A stretch of DNA of 64,000 bases from Antedon mediterranea (Eukaryota > Animalia > Echinodermata). The DNA lies in NCBI RefSeq assembly GCF_964355755.1, contig NC_092673.1:19527648-19591647 (forward strand), given 5' to 3'. A program made the position numbers and the translations under genes. Shown piece by piece: positions 51,442 through 63,974 of the stretch; positions within the stretch are counted from its first letter, which is position 1; each line of letters begins with the position of its first letter. The notes beneath the pieces are model-generated. The model saw only the letters and a list, made by a program, of their open reading frames with translations. It searched no databases and was not told where the DNA came from.

Positions 51442-51693
51442 GCAAAGAAGGCCTTTAAAATGATTCGAGATGCAATTAAACAGAAAGAGTTTCAAAAAAA
51501 TGTGTACAACGTATATTTTGCTGTTGAAAACAGCCAAGAAACTACAGATAAGAGCTTTAGTGATCTTAGAAAAGTTATTGATGACCTTATGACTGCTTTA
51601 GAGAAAGAAGTTCCTTTAAAGTGGATGCGTTTTCGATGTGATCTACATGATCTAAGGAGAAAAAAACATTTTTCTTTGTGTCCAGTTGAAGAG
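51442..51693 (+). CDS. Roc end / COR start exon
   Basis: AKKAFKMIRDAI...YFAVENS...EKEVPLKWMRF...CPVEE; phase 0-0. Confidence 0.92.
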
Positions 51694-52231
51694 GTAAATT
51701 TAATTGGCATCATTCCTCAGTGTTTTGTTTTCAGAATAGAAATATGTTGGAAATAGTAGTATTTAAAAAAGTATAAACAAAAGACTCTACCCACTATTAT
51801 ATATAACTACAGTACTATATAATAATATTGATTATATTTTTGTCATATTTCCATCTTCACTGCTCTAAATCTGAATGGTAAAATAATGTTAATGTAATAT
51901 AATATAAATAATATAATCCTATCCATGCTGTTATGGTTTCCTATCTGAAAAAATCATGAGAGCAATTACATCGGCCTAGTATTTTTTATGGAATATTTGC
52001 ATTGCAACACTGACAATTACATTCTGTGAGAAAAATTGCAGTTACGTTTCCCCCATCCTGAGAGAGACGTTTTCCTTCAGATCCAAAGTTATGCAGTACA
52101 TGTTATCAAGTAAATTTCAAAACATTTCAGGCTGTAAAGGACAAAACTAATGATGTAAATGTATACCTACCTTTGGTTTCATATTTTTGATATTTTAGTT
52201 GTATCTGAATAGTAAACAATTTTTTCTTTAG

Positions 52232-52426
52232 CTCAAAATGCTGGCAAGTAAGAATGGTATTGCAGATGAAAAAAAACAATCCTTTCTTCTAAACTTTTTG
52301 TACGATCTTGGTGAAATTGTTTACAGGCCTGACAACAAATTATTGAAAGATAAAGCGGTGTTAGATCCGATGCAGCTGGTTGAAATTGTTACTGCTTTTG
52401 TAACGGTCATTCCACCAGAATTTCCA
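52232..52426 (+). CDS. COR-A exon
   Basis: LLNFLYDLGEIVY...AVLDPMQLVEIVTAFV, a typical COR motif; phase 0-0. Confidence 0.93.
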
Positions 52427-52701
52427 GTAAGTAGTCTCATGAAAATGTTAATGCAGTGTTTTTTTAGGAAATAATAGAGGTACATTTGAATTCCTATAGG
52501 TGCTGTAGTATCAAAAGCAATGTCTGACAGTTTCCTTAATTTAACATTGAGGGGTATATTGTATATTAGATTTAAACCATGTCATTGCATCTACAAGTCT
52601 TTATACATGTGCCTCCCTTTAGACTCTAAATTGTTTGATAATAATAATAATAATTAATAAACACAAAATACTAAGTATGGCTAATTGGTGGTGTTTTTTA
52701 G

Positions 52702-52896
52702 CCGGCCACGTATATCGATGCGTTTGATAAGCTTGACAAGGGCATACTGGAAGAAAAGTTGTTGCGAAAATTATGGAAAGAGCGTAAAGTTGACGATGGA
52801 AAGAATTTTGAGTTTCTTGTAGCACTGATGATTCAATTAGGTTTTATTTGTGAGAGGAAGACAACCAGCAGCCGAGATGTGGCAAGTACATCTACA
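52702..52896 (+). CDS. COR exon
   Basis: AFDKLDKGILEEKLLRKLW...FLVALMIQLGFICE; phase 0-0. Confidence 0.92.
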
Positions 52897-53130
52897 GTAG
52901 GTTTTGTTCAGTTATCTTTTCTAACATGTTTTGTATGCAAGATTATGTAAACAAAAATTGTTTTGGTAATAATAATTGGTGAAATTTTACATAAAATTTC
53001 AAAATATTTGTAGGGTTCGGACATATTTTGATTAAACTATCTACTGAAAGATGTTTTTAACATATACAGGATATGATATTTAATTTTCTAAAAAAAATCT
53101 GAATGCAATTTTACAAATCAACAATTTCAG

Positions 53131-53425
53131 GAATCTGTTGAAAAGCGCTCATTCTTTACGCCTTGCTTTCAAGACATCAAGTGAAGTGAAACCAGTGCCT
53201 GATGATTCACAATCTATCAGTGTCTATTACGACTTTAAGGGATATCTGCCAGATGTTTTGTTTCCATATATGATTATTGATTTCCTCAACAAATTTCAAA
53301 AGAAAGGAGTTGACCCAATACTCTTGTATAACCATGCTGAACTTTACTTCAACCAAGATCATCATGTGACCTTATCTCTTGTCAAATTTGTGACTACGGA
53401 GGATGAAAGAAAGTTCTTGTTAAAG
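53131..53425 (+). CDS. COR-B exon with an apparent frameshift at ~53157
   Basis: ESVEKRSFF in one frame, then LRLAFK...YDFKGYLPDVLFPY...KFLLK in another; 295 nt between phase-0 sites. Confidence 0.85.
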
Positions 53426-53520
53426 GTACTGTATCATATATTTTCTTGTGATTAAGTCATAATCTAACTTAAGGATAAACTCAAATTCAGATATTAAAAC
53501 ATGAAAACTTTTTTTTTCAG

Positions 53521-53592
53521 GTGACTATTAAAAGAACAAATGCTCCTAATGAAGCAAGTAATTTAGAACCCTCTTCTGAAGCATGTAAAGAA
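53521..53592 (+). CDS. COR-B exon
   Basis: VTIKRTNAPNEASNLEPSSEACKE; phase 0-0. Confidence 0.85.
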
Positions 53593-54283
53593 GTATGTTA
53601 TTTCAGTTTATATCAGTTTTTAAAACTATATCATTTTTTTATAGATATTTTTGTTGATTTGGTTTTTTGTAATTATGACATAGTTTAAAATAACTTAAAT
53701 ATTTAAAATCATGTTTGTGTAGTTTACTTGATGTGTAATATAATTTTTAATTTTTATTGATATACATTATTAATTGAATATTAAATTGATTATTGACAAT
53801 TGATTTATAAAAACAATACATCTTTAACAAATTAATGATATAATCTTAATATTATATCAATTTAAAATACAAACAACTTAAAGTACAGTTATCAAAACTA
53901 GTTATGAGTGATTTTTACTGAAATGTAGATGCAAATCAATAGCATGCCTACACACTCTGAATTTTTATTATTTTTAGTTTTTATATGGTCATGAATCTTG
54001 ACCTCAATGCCTGCAATTTAATAAAACTTTATAAACAATAATGAGGTTTATTGTTAATGGTGACAGATCTTATGGTAAAGATTTTGTTACATTTGTGACA
54101 AACTATGTAAAATGTGGATAGTAGTGATAATTCACCTTAACTTTAAGATTTATTTTAATTATTATTGTTTTACTTTTTCCTTTTGTATTGTAAATGTTTA
54201 GTAAACATTTTAAAAACGTGTGCTACATTGTTTATGTGTTTATTGCATGTTTTTGAAAATTAACCTTCAATTAATATTTGTAG

Positions 54284-54500
54284 GTTTTGTTAACGATCCA
54301 GAAGTCATTTGAACCTTCTAAAGATGGTGGTAGAAGAGGGATTCAATATGAGAGATGCATACTTTGTGATGTATGTAGTGATGGATCAGAAAAGAAGCAC
54401 ATTCAAAATCTTGGTGATTTCCAGGACGAGAAGTTGCCATGCACCAAAACTAGAAAGTATTTGAGGATGGATGTTGCACGTTACAAGCGGCTATTTGGAG
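54284..54500 (+). CDS. COR C-terminal exon with Cys/His cluster
   Basis: VLLTIQKSF...CILCDVC...H...LPC...MDVARYKRLFG; phase 0-1. Confidence 0.88.
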
Positions 54501-55297
54501 GTAAGAGTAATAACAGAGACAGCAAGTTTGATTTTATTTTATTAATTGTTTGACCAATAAACAAAGATAAAGTCAAAGGTACAGACTGTTAATCTGTAAT
54601 TATATGAGTCAGCAGAAAAATAAGTATAAATAATTAAATGTATGTAAAGAATTAACAGATAAAATATGGAGAAAAACCTAAATATTAAATAAATAAAATT
54701 AAGTATAAAATACATTTCTGTAGAAGTCAGTAGAAAATATAAGATCTGGGAGACACCATCTAAATCAGCAACAGTAGCTTGATATATTGACCTTTTCACT
54801 GCGTGTACCAGGTAGGCCTATAAACAAATGTTGTTGAACTTAGACTGTGTATACCTGTCGTTACCATGTATATAGGAAAAACAATTATTTAATCGTATTT
54901 GCCTATAATATGTAGCACCCTCTGTAGTTTTCGATAATTTTGAAGATATTTGCAATTCATTAAAACTATTTACAAGATGCGTCCTCTATATTTGTTAATA
55001 TCGTCTTGAAATTTGTTGTAACTTGCACCCTCTATCACATGTTTAGTCATTTCGACCTTGGAAAGTTGTATTTTAGCTAATAGGGCAATATCATGTTTAT
55101 CGTAACATGCAAACAAAATTTTGAATAATCATTACTTACAATTTTTGTGGAAAATGTTATTTTTCTACAAAAAAACCCCAAACAAAATCGTTGATGTATA
55201 CACATCTGGAAGAAATGATACAGAAATTGTTAAAAGGTTAAATTTTTGCTAAGTTGATTTTTATTAAATAAGTAAAGAGTTTTGATTTTAATTTCAG

Positions 55298-55474
55298 AAT
55301 CAAACCACTGGCATAAATTTGCAGCTGTGGCAGCAGTTTCAGTAGCAGTTTTTGCAGTATTGATAGGTTGTGGTATACCAGCAGGAATTGCTGGTGTTGT
55401 AACTCTGCTGCTGGTAGCAGCCTGGTGTATTTACAAAATGGATGTCTTATATTATTACACAAGAATATTTGGCG
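55298..55474 (+). CDS. Symmetric exon encoding a predicted two-helix transmembrane hairpin
   Basis: FAAVAAVSVAVFAVLIGCG-IP-AGIAGVVTLLLVAAWCIY; TTTCAG / GTAAGA; 177 nt, phase 1-1. Confidence 0.8.
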
Positions 55475-55700
55475 GTAAGATTAATTAATGTAGACATCAA
55501 GTTTAATTTTATTAGGTTATATGCATTATCATGCATGTAACCTTATTGATTTTGTTAGAATCTTTTTTTATTTATTTATTCTTTCCTTAGCACTGTCCGT
55601 CAATTATTTTGAGATCAATTTCATCTAGCCACGTAAATTTTCCAGAGTATATTCGTTATGGCCAGGAATCGATGTGATTCTCTTTTCACGGTGCGCAATC

Positions 55701-58313
55701 AAATATTTAGCAAAATCACGTTTGGAATCTTTACCCGTTACCCGTTATTCCATAAATACCTCCTCATTAATCGATCATATTTTAGTAAATTTTCCTGATC
55801 GAACAATTCAATCGGGTACTTTAAATATGGGTTTGAGTGACCATGTAGTTATCTACTGTACTAGAAAGATTAAACGAACAAAGCTGGGTATACATAATAC
55901 TATTAAAATAAGATCAATGAAAACATACAGTAAAGAAATGCTACTAACGAAACTAATGCTACAAATTGGAGTCCTATCATTAATTGTAATAATGTAAACA
56001 AATGTTGGAATAAATTTAAATATATTTTTCTTAATACCCTAGATAGTATCGCCCCCACTAAACAAATCCGAATTAAATCGCAAACCGAACCTTGGATGAC
56101 CGAAAAGATTCTTAGTGATATACACATAAGAGACAAATTCTTGTATGCATACAAGAAAGACACAAACAACAACAAATTGTATAGGAAGTACACTGCCCTT
56201 AGAAATAAACTCATTAAAGATGTAAGAAAAGGTAAGTCCAACCATTTTAAAAATAAAGTTAATCAACATAAAAATGACCCTAAGACCTTATGGAAACATC
56301 TAGGTAAACTTGGATTTAGAGCATCTAAGTCAAATTCAAAAATTGTTCTAGAATAAAATGGTATTTTATACCATGACTCCTCAAAAGTGTCAAATATAAT
56401 AAATATCTTTTTCACTAATATCTCTAAATCATTAACGAACAAACTAAAACCATCTTCAGGTAAATATAACGTATCATCCTCAAAATTAAAAGACTATTAT
56501 GTAAATAAAGGTATGAATCCAGGAAATTTTGTTCTAAAAACCGTTTCTGACGACTATACTTCTAAATTACTAGAGCAGCTTAACCCTTCCAAAGGAACAG
56601 GTCTGGACTCTGTCCCAACTAAATTTCTGAAGGATGGCGCAAGTGTGCTAAAAATCCCCTTGACGCATATCATCAACACATCAATTACAACGGGTGTGTT
56701 CCCGGACGAATTAAAGCATGCCAGGGTTAAGCCCCTCTATAAAAAGAATGATAGAAAAGATGTCGGAAATTACCGGCCAATCAGTATATTACCTTTGTAT
56801 CTAAGATACTAGAGTCTGTTGTTAACTCCCAATTACAAAATTATCTTAATGAAAATAACATTATAAATGTTTACCAATCCGGATTTCGGGGTAAATACTC
56901 AACGGAAACGTGTCTTATTCATTTACAAGACACAATAAAAGCTGAATCAAGTAAAGGAAACATAACAGGCATGGTCCTAATAGATGTGAAAAAAGCATTT
57001 GATTCAGTTAATCATAATATTCTATGCAAGAAATTGGAACTTATAGGTGCAAATACTAACACGATATCATGGTTCGAATCATATCTTGAAAATAGGAAGC
57101 AAACGGTAGATATAAATAAGTACTTTCTCTCAACCACTGACCATAAATTGTGGAGTCCCTCAAGGTAGCATCCTGGGACCTACACTTTTCCTTTGTTACA
57201 TAAAATGACGTACCTCTGATTGCCAGTGGTACCGACGCACGGCATATTTCTAAGACTCTCTCTGACAATCTTGTGTCATGTAATGAATGGTTCAATGACA
57301 ATAAACTGTCTATCCATCCAGACAAAACCGAGTCCATACTTTTCGGCACCAGAAAGAAACTTAAAAGTTCATCTGGATTGTTTAATGTCACTTTCAATGA
57401 TAAAGATATCACTCAAAAGTCGTGCGTCAAATACCTTGGTTGTCTCCTTGACAATAACTTAAGTGGTACATCAATGGCGCAAAGTACAATTAAACAAATC
57501 AACTCTAGGTTAAAATTTCTTTACCGTAATGTAAAATGCTTAAATAATCAAACTAGAAAAATTCTCTGTAACGCTCTCATTCAAAGTCACCCCGATTACG
57601 GATCCACCTCATGGTTTGACGGACTTACTAAGGACCTTAAAATTAAATTACAAACAGCACAAAATAAAGCTGTAAGGTTTATTTTAGGAAGAGGCAATCG
57701 ATCACACGTTGGTGAATATGAACTAAATGTTGTTGGTTATTTGAATGTAACAAACAGAGTAAAATTGTTACAACTTGTACATGTTCATAAAATATATTAC
57801 GGAACATCCATCCCATATATGTATCCATATTTTGTCAAATTAAGTACCGCCCATAAACATGAAACCAGATCCAGAAAACATAACTTTCAAATCCCTCGCC
57901 TAAATGGTGTTGGACAAACCAGCTTCTATTACAACGGAATAAAAAACTGGAATTCTCTTCCAGATTGTATAAAGGCCACAACCTCTACTAAGCTGTTTAA
58001 ACACAAAGTCAATGAATATTTTAAGAATGTTACATAATGTTTCTTTTTGTTTCTTTCTTATGAAATTTCGTTTAAATAACTTTTTATAAAGATGTCAATT
58101 TGTCTCAGTTAAATGTACATAAGGACTTAGATGGAAATAAGTTACACTAAAAATGTGAGACTTTATCTAATTATCCTTGGTTCATTTTGTTCTGTTTCCA
58201 TTGTTTGACACCTTCTGTTTTTTTGTACTTTTCTGGTGTTGTCTTTTGAATTTGATGTACTGTCTTTTTTATAATGTATTATGTATGGACCAAATAAATT
58301 CAATCAATCAATC
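55701..58313 (+). mobile_element. CR1/L2-group LINE, 5'-truncated and degenerate
   Basis: APE C-terminus (LIDHILVN, SDH), RT (NYRPISIL, DVKKAFDSVNH, GVPQGSILGP), several frameshifts and a deletion over YADD; (CAAT)n tail matching the target CAATC. Confidence 0.9.
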
Positions 58314-58634
58314 TTATCTTCACAAGCATGTATCATAATAAATTTGGTACTCATAAATTTCAGGTCATATTTCATCATATGGCGATACAATTACGTGCGT
58401 AGCACATATAGCTCTTAAAATTTTCAAAATTTTCAAAATTTATTTTCCATGAAATTAGAGTATGTTTTAAGCAATTTTAAGTATTTAAAAAATTGTCATG
58501 AGTGCACAGATTCTTGCACTCGCACTGCGTGTAAAACATTTTACAACCTTTCTTTAATAATTTTCACCTTTCAACCCGAAATTGCGTAATACAAGCAAGC
58601 GGGACAGGCTACGTATGTGTAAGTTAACAAAATA

Positions 58635-58960
58635 GTGTATGTGTGTATTATTACTGGTCCTCAAGTTTAACTGGAAATTCGGATTAGGCCTTCCACGGAC
58701 CCACGGCAGCCAGCAGTGCAGTGCCTACCAGATCAGCCAACCGGGAGACGATCCCCTGGTCTTTTCGAATAGTGTACCAAGTTCTTGAACGTGCACTATT
58801 AAGTACACGGGACCAACGGCTTTACATCCCATCCGAATGACGAGGCAATGAGAGTAAAGCACCTTGCCTAAGGATGCAATTAATATCGTACAGATAACCT
58901 CAAACCCATGCCTATCACATGCTAGTCCAATATTATCATTATACCATCACTCTCTGGTGT
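58635..58960 (-). mobile_element. SINE body with Deu/Nin-like central domain and degenerate tRNA-like segment
   Basis: Minus strand GTCATTCGGATGGGATGTAAAGCCGTTGGTCCCGTG...GCACGTTCAAGAAC...CACTATTCGAAAAGACCAGGGG resembles the Deu-domain; preceded by TCCTTAGGCAAGGTGCTTTAC. Confidence 0.7.
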
Positions 58961-58963
58961 ATA

Positions 58964-59077
58964 TACAGCACCCGCCGCTATTTCTAGACAGTCTCCTATC
59001 CAGAACGCAACCGGGCCCAATGTTGCTTAACTTTGGTGATCTGACGAGAATCGGTGTTTCAACGCAGTATGGCCATA
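58964..59077 (-). pseudogene. 5S rRNA-derived sequence (pseudogene or SINE head)
   Basis: Minus strand TATGGCCATACTGCGTTGAAACACCGATTCTCGTCAGATCACCAAAGTTAAGCAACATTGGGCCCGGTT...GGGTGCTGTA aligns along nearly the whole animal 5S rRNA with many substitutions. Confidence 0.88.
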
Positions 59078-60125
59078 TATGGTGAAAATATACTAAATTT
59101 AAATTAATATAGATCGTCAAAATGCTCAGGATCGCCTATTTTGCGTTTCATTTTCTTAAAATGTGTGTATCATATGTATAATTTATTATAAAATTAAGTC
59201 ATCATTAATTGCATATAAAATTTACAAAAAATTTATTTTGACAATCAAACCAATTATGACATTTTCTTGGTCCAAAATTTTCTAAACTAAACATTTCTTT
59301 CTTCTTTAAAATGTTCATATATTAAAGTAAAAGTATATACTTTGACTCTTATTTTTACATTTTTAAAGATGTCATATAGTAAAAAATGATAATTCATTGC
59401 GGTATGTAAAAATCTATTTGCACCAAAGTAAGTGGTTACTGCATAGTAAATACACGGAGGAATCTTTCCTCAACTTTTAGTCAGAATTGTGTATGGCTCG
59501 GTTGTCTGTGCTCATGTCCATGGTATTCAAGGTACCAAGATTGAGTCCCACCTTTGGAACGAAACGAAATTGTTTGATCAATTTTATTTCTTAGTGTATT
59601 ATATAGATTATACGCATGATTTATAATAAAATCTAGATAAAAAGTAACTTATATCTTTATTATTATGTAACAAATGTGGTCTATGACATTATATGTAGAT
59701 GGATATTTGATCGGATTGTGATATCAGCTATTGTATTTGCGTTAGCAAGAGCCTATCATATATTATAAATAATTAAAGATTCTGACAAAATCAATCAATT
59801 AATATATCTTTTAAAAAATCAATCACCTTTATTTAAATCAATGCATATAACCTATAATTCGTCATACTGACTAATCAAATCTAGTTTCACTTACTTATTT
59901 TACCAAAAAAAGAAAAAAAAACAACGCAAAACAAATAGAAATAAATAAAGATTTTGTCAGGAACGCAGTCAGTTAGTTGATGTTAACAAAATAATATACG
60001 GTAATTGTGTAGACAATATAATTGAATGTTATAAAAAAAATGTTTAAGATTAAGCAAAAATGTAAATAATTATATTAAAATTAAATAAATCTTCAAAATA
60101 CAAAAAAACATTTTATAAATTTGAA

Positions 60126-60515
60126 GCTGCTATTAGCTGTGATATCTTCATTCCTCTTACCAGTAGTAGTACTATCAGAATCATTATTGATAATCTATAC
60201 ATTGTTACAGCTGCTATTAGCTGTGATATCTTCATTCCTCTTACCAGTAGTAGTACTATCAGAATCATTATTGATAATCTATACATTGTTACAACATGCT
60301 GCTATTAGCTGTGATATCTTCATTCCTCTTACCAGTAGTAGTACTATCAGAATCATTATTGATAATCTATACATTGTTACAACATGCTGCTATTAGCTGT
60401 GATATCTTCATTCCTCTTACCAGTAGTAGTACTATCAGAACCATTATTGATAATCTATACATTGTTACAACATGCTGTTATTAGCTGTGATTCTTTCCGC
60501 TTACCAGTAGTACTA
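60126..60515. repeat. 84-88-bp tandem repeat, ~4.5 copies
   Basis: Unit GCTGCTATTAGCTGTGATATCTTCATTCCTCTTACCAGTAGTAGTAC... Confidence 0.93.
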
Positions 60516-60517
60516 GC

Positions 60518-61490
60518 AAAAATATATTCTTTATCCATTTAGTAACGAAATATTAATTGTTTTCATGTTTTACAACTAATATACCACTAAACACAGTAAA
60601 ACATTGCGATATAATACTTGAAACTATCACCGTCCTAGTCGATTGAAAAGTACAGTACATGTAACGATACATCACTACGACGTGTATATGTTTATATAAT
60701 GTAAAACAATTTGTGAAAACCACCTCTATTCGGGGCAAATCATAAATTCGATTTAGTCGTCAATATATAATAAATTATCTAACTCAACTTAATTAGTAGG
60801 CCTAATGGTTTTCAATTGTTTCTTAGAGCCAATTCATACTTAAGTTGGTTCCTACCCTACCCAAATATACGGCGACTGAAAACGCTAGCTCATTATCCGT
60901 TTAAAAAAAATGTATATGCAACCTCTGCAGCACAGATTGAAAAAAAAATGGATCGAATTTCTGTTATGAGTATACAGTACTTGCCTTTACGACACCTGAG
61001 GGAATAGACACTTGTGGAACAGAGATTGGAATGTTCCATTCATCGCCAATCAATACATTTGTAAAAACATATATTAAATCTATCAAAATAGCATTTTTTA
61101 AATAAAATCGGCCTGTCTTCAACATTATGATGCTGTACCCGAACTGTTCAACCGGTTTTCAGCTATTAAAAACAATTATCGTAGGAAGAGATAGGAAAAT
61201 GCGAAGTGTTCTCGTATTATTGTGTGCGGGTATTTTTCAAATTGGACATCCATTAGACAGTGTATACCACGATCGGAAAACACCCCTATTTGGGGCAAAT
61301 CGTTGAACCTAAATTCGTTTTAATCGTCAATAACTAATTATCGAATTCAATTTAATTAGCAAACAGGGTTACATCAGGTGGTTAAAATCAGTACCGAAAG
61401 TACGAACCAACTTTACATACCATCGAGTAAACATTCTAGAAATAACGCGCGATTTACCGAATTTTGCCCTTACGTAAATTTATATATAGA
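60518..61490 (-). mobile_element. 3'-truncated copy of the Helitron at 12510-14074
   Basis: Reverse complement of ~12510-13622 with an internal deletion; A|TC 5' end at 61490. Confidence 0.9.
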
Positions 61491-61583
61491 TGACAAGTGA
61501 AGGATTGGATAGGTCTCATTAGCTGTGCATTGCAACCTATCTACCTATCCTTGTATTGCATCCATGTGAGATGCTCAAGTGAT

Positions 61584-62480
61584 TATAGTTAAACAATGTA
61601 TGCAGTGGAACTGTCAATATTCCATGTGAGACTATAGTTGAACAATGTATGCAGTGGAACCCCCACTGTCAATATTCCATGTGAGACTATAGTTAAACAA
61701 TGTATGCAGTGGAACCCCCACTGTCAATATTCCATGTGAGACTATAGTTAAACAATGTATGCAGTGGAACCCCCACTGTCAATATTCCATGTGAGACTAT
61801 AGTTAAACAATGTATGCAGTGGAACCCCCACTGTCAATATTCCATGTGAGACTATAGTTAAACAATGTATGCAGTGGAACCCCCACTGTCAATATTCCAT
61901 GTGAGACTATAGTTAAACAATGTATGCAGTGGAACCCCCACTGTCAATATTCCATGTGAGACTATAGTTAAACAATGTATGCAGTGGAACCCCCACTGTC
62001 AATATTCCATGTGAGACTATAGTTAAACAATGTATGCAGTGGAACCCCCACTGTCAATATTCCATGTGAGACTATAGTTAAACAATGTATGCAGTGGAAC
62101 TCCCACTGTCAATATTCCATGTGAGACTATAGTTAAACAATGTATGCAGTGGAACTGTCAATATTCCATGTGAGACTATAGTTAAACAATGTATGCAGTG
62201 GAACCCCCACTGTCAATATTCCATGTGAGACTATAGTTAAACAATGTATGCAGTGGAACTGTCAATATTCCATGTGAGACTATAGTTAAACAATGTATGC
62301 AGTGGAACTGTCAATATTCCATGTGAGACTATAGTTAAACAATGTATGCAGTGGAACCCCCACTGTCAATATTCCATGTGAGACTATAGTTAAACAATGT
62401 ATGCAGTGGAACCCCCACTGTCAATATTCCATGTGAGACTATAGTTAAACAATGTATGCAGTGGAACTGTCAATATTCCA
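61584..62480. repeat. 55/48-bp minisatellite, ~17 copies
   Basis: Unit TATAGTTAAACAATGTATGCAGTGGAA(CCCCCA)CTGTCAATATTCCATGTGAGAC. Confidence 0.95.
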
Positions 62481-62563
62481 CCACAGACTCTACAAAGGCA
62501 TTGCATTATGTACTATAAACATTTTCCTATAGTAAATGTACATCTCATTTTAATCATTTTTAG

Positions 62564-62626
62564 GCTGTAGTGATGAGGACCAAAATGAAAGCACATCATC
62601 CAGTCACCAATCTCAACCAAGAGAAG
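62564..62626 (+). CDS. Roco gene linker exon (gene continues beyond the window)
   Basis: CSDEDQNESTSSSHQSQPRE; TTTTAG / GTAAGT; phase 1-1. Confidence 0.75.
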
Positions 62627-63225
62627 GTAAGTTACTAGTAGATAAAGATTATGATACGAAAAGAGTTTCTCAACCTTACAACTTTACTTCCTTTATGGAA
62701 ACACATGGTATATACACCTACCCTGACTTTACTAGTGTTTATTTGCACTCTATGAAAACCTTTAAACAATATAATCATATATTATAGTCATGATGATATG
62801 ATACTGAAATTGATGTTTAAATGATGAATTTCTGGGATTTTATTTTTCATTCATTCATCTTCTTATTTCGAAATACCATGGTGACATAATATATCCATAG
62901 CAAAAGAGGAAAAAAAATCTTAATCTAAGAGCTCATAGAACAAAAACATATAAATCTAAATATAAAGTCAATGCAACAAGGCATTCCATTGTATTTGCAT
63001 TCTTGACACATTAAGAATGTGGCGATTAATAAAAAGAATAATACTAATTATTAACATAAGATAAAAAAAATAATGCGAGTGAGTATTTGTTTACTGTAGT
63101 ACTTTGTTTCTAAAGCTCATTTTTCTACATTATTTAAAAAAAGTACAGAAAGGTAGTTGATTTTCCACAATTTATTTGAACATTTTATCACAACAATTTT
63201 CTATGTGATCACTTGATGACACCTA

Positions 63226-63974
63226 AAGCCTGTTTTGCTGTCGACGTTGTTCGACGCTATCGTTAACAATAATCGCCGATCTCATACGTAAACATTGAAT
63301 TTTAACGATTTACAGGAAAAGGTACTTTTTTAACTAACCACGACGATACAAATCATCTGCGATTTACAGGAAAAGGTATAATAATCGATGGTAATCAACG
63401 CTACAAGTCGCGATCGTTGACAATCGCAAGAGTTGAATCCAGTTCAACTCTAGCCGATATCGCAATGCTAAAATGTAAGAACTGACCAATCATCTTGTCG
63501 ATACAGCATATGACGTCACATAATTAGTGGAAAATTCTGAGATTACATTTATTTTTGTTGCATTGCGGCTCGATCAGAGCTAGGCCTAGCCATGCCAAAG
63601 TGAATATAAAATGATGTTCCGGAAAGTAGGCGTAGGGATATTAGGTAGGTCTAAGTCATCAGCCTAGTCCAAAATGCTGATTTGACTAGGATAGGCCTAC
63701 TGAGAATGAAGAACCATCAGTATAGAGATAGTAGTATGCCTAGGCCCACGTCTGCTACAGTGTGAGCCTACTAGTACTAGTAGTAGAGGCAGCGGAATCC
63801 TCTATTCATTTTTTCATGTTACGACGGCATTTCAACTCTAACGTTCAACGCTAGAAATCAAATGTTCGCGCTATCGTTATAATTTCAACTTGATAGTTTA
63901 AAAACGATCAAGTTGAACTTGTAACGATTAACGATGATAGCGTCGGCGTATAACGTCGACAGGAAAACAGGCTT
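63226..63974. mobile_element. PIF/Harbinger-like MITE
   Basis: Imperfect TIR AAGCCTGTTTTGCTGTCGACGTT / AACGTCGACAGGAAAACAGGCTT; TSD ambiguous. Confidence 0.7.

Larger units (their letters stand above)
55512..59884 (+). mobile_element. Non-autonomous Helentron/HINE-like element with nested LINE and SINE
   Basis: 5' AGGTTATATGCAT..ATGCATGTAACCT hairpin plus T-rich tract; 3' ATGCATATAACCT copy, small GTCA-TAC-TGAC hairpin, CTAG|T. Confidence 0.7.
20203..62626 (+). other. Multi-exon gene: ankyrin-repeat Roco protein (ANK-Roc-COR-hydrophobic hairpin), at least 24 exons; start not found, 3' end beyond window; possible recent pseudogene
   Basis: Exons listed separately join with consistent intron phases and GT-AG boundaries except for one frameshift at ~53157. 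Confidence 0.88.

Noticed and set aside
39007-54500. Naming the gene LRRK1/2, DAPK1 or MFHAS1
   Set aside because: No LRR or kinase exons seen and the architecture differs; no gene symbol assigned
58964-59077. Functional 5S rRNA gene
   Set aside because: Many substitutions including the box C region, no T-run terminator, single copy embedded in repeats
60121-60484. Hydrophobic repeated ORFs resembling membrane proteins
   Set aside because: Derived from the 84-88-bp tandem repeat; the frame shifts between units
61584-62480. CRISPR-like appearance of regular repeats (also 18735-19672 and 20438-22890)
   Set aside because: Head-to-tail units with no unique spacers, no cas genes, eukaryotic context
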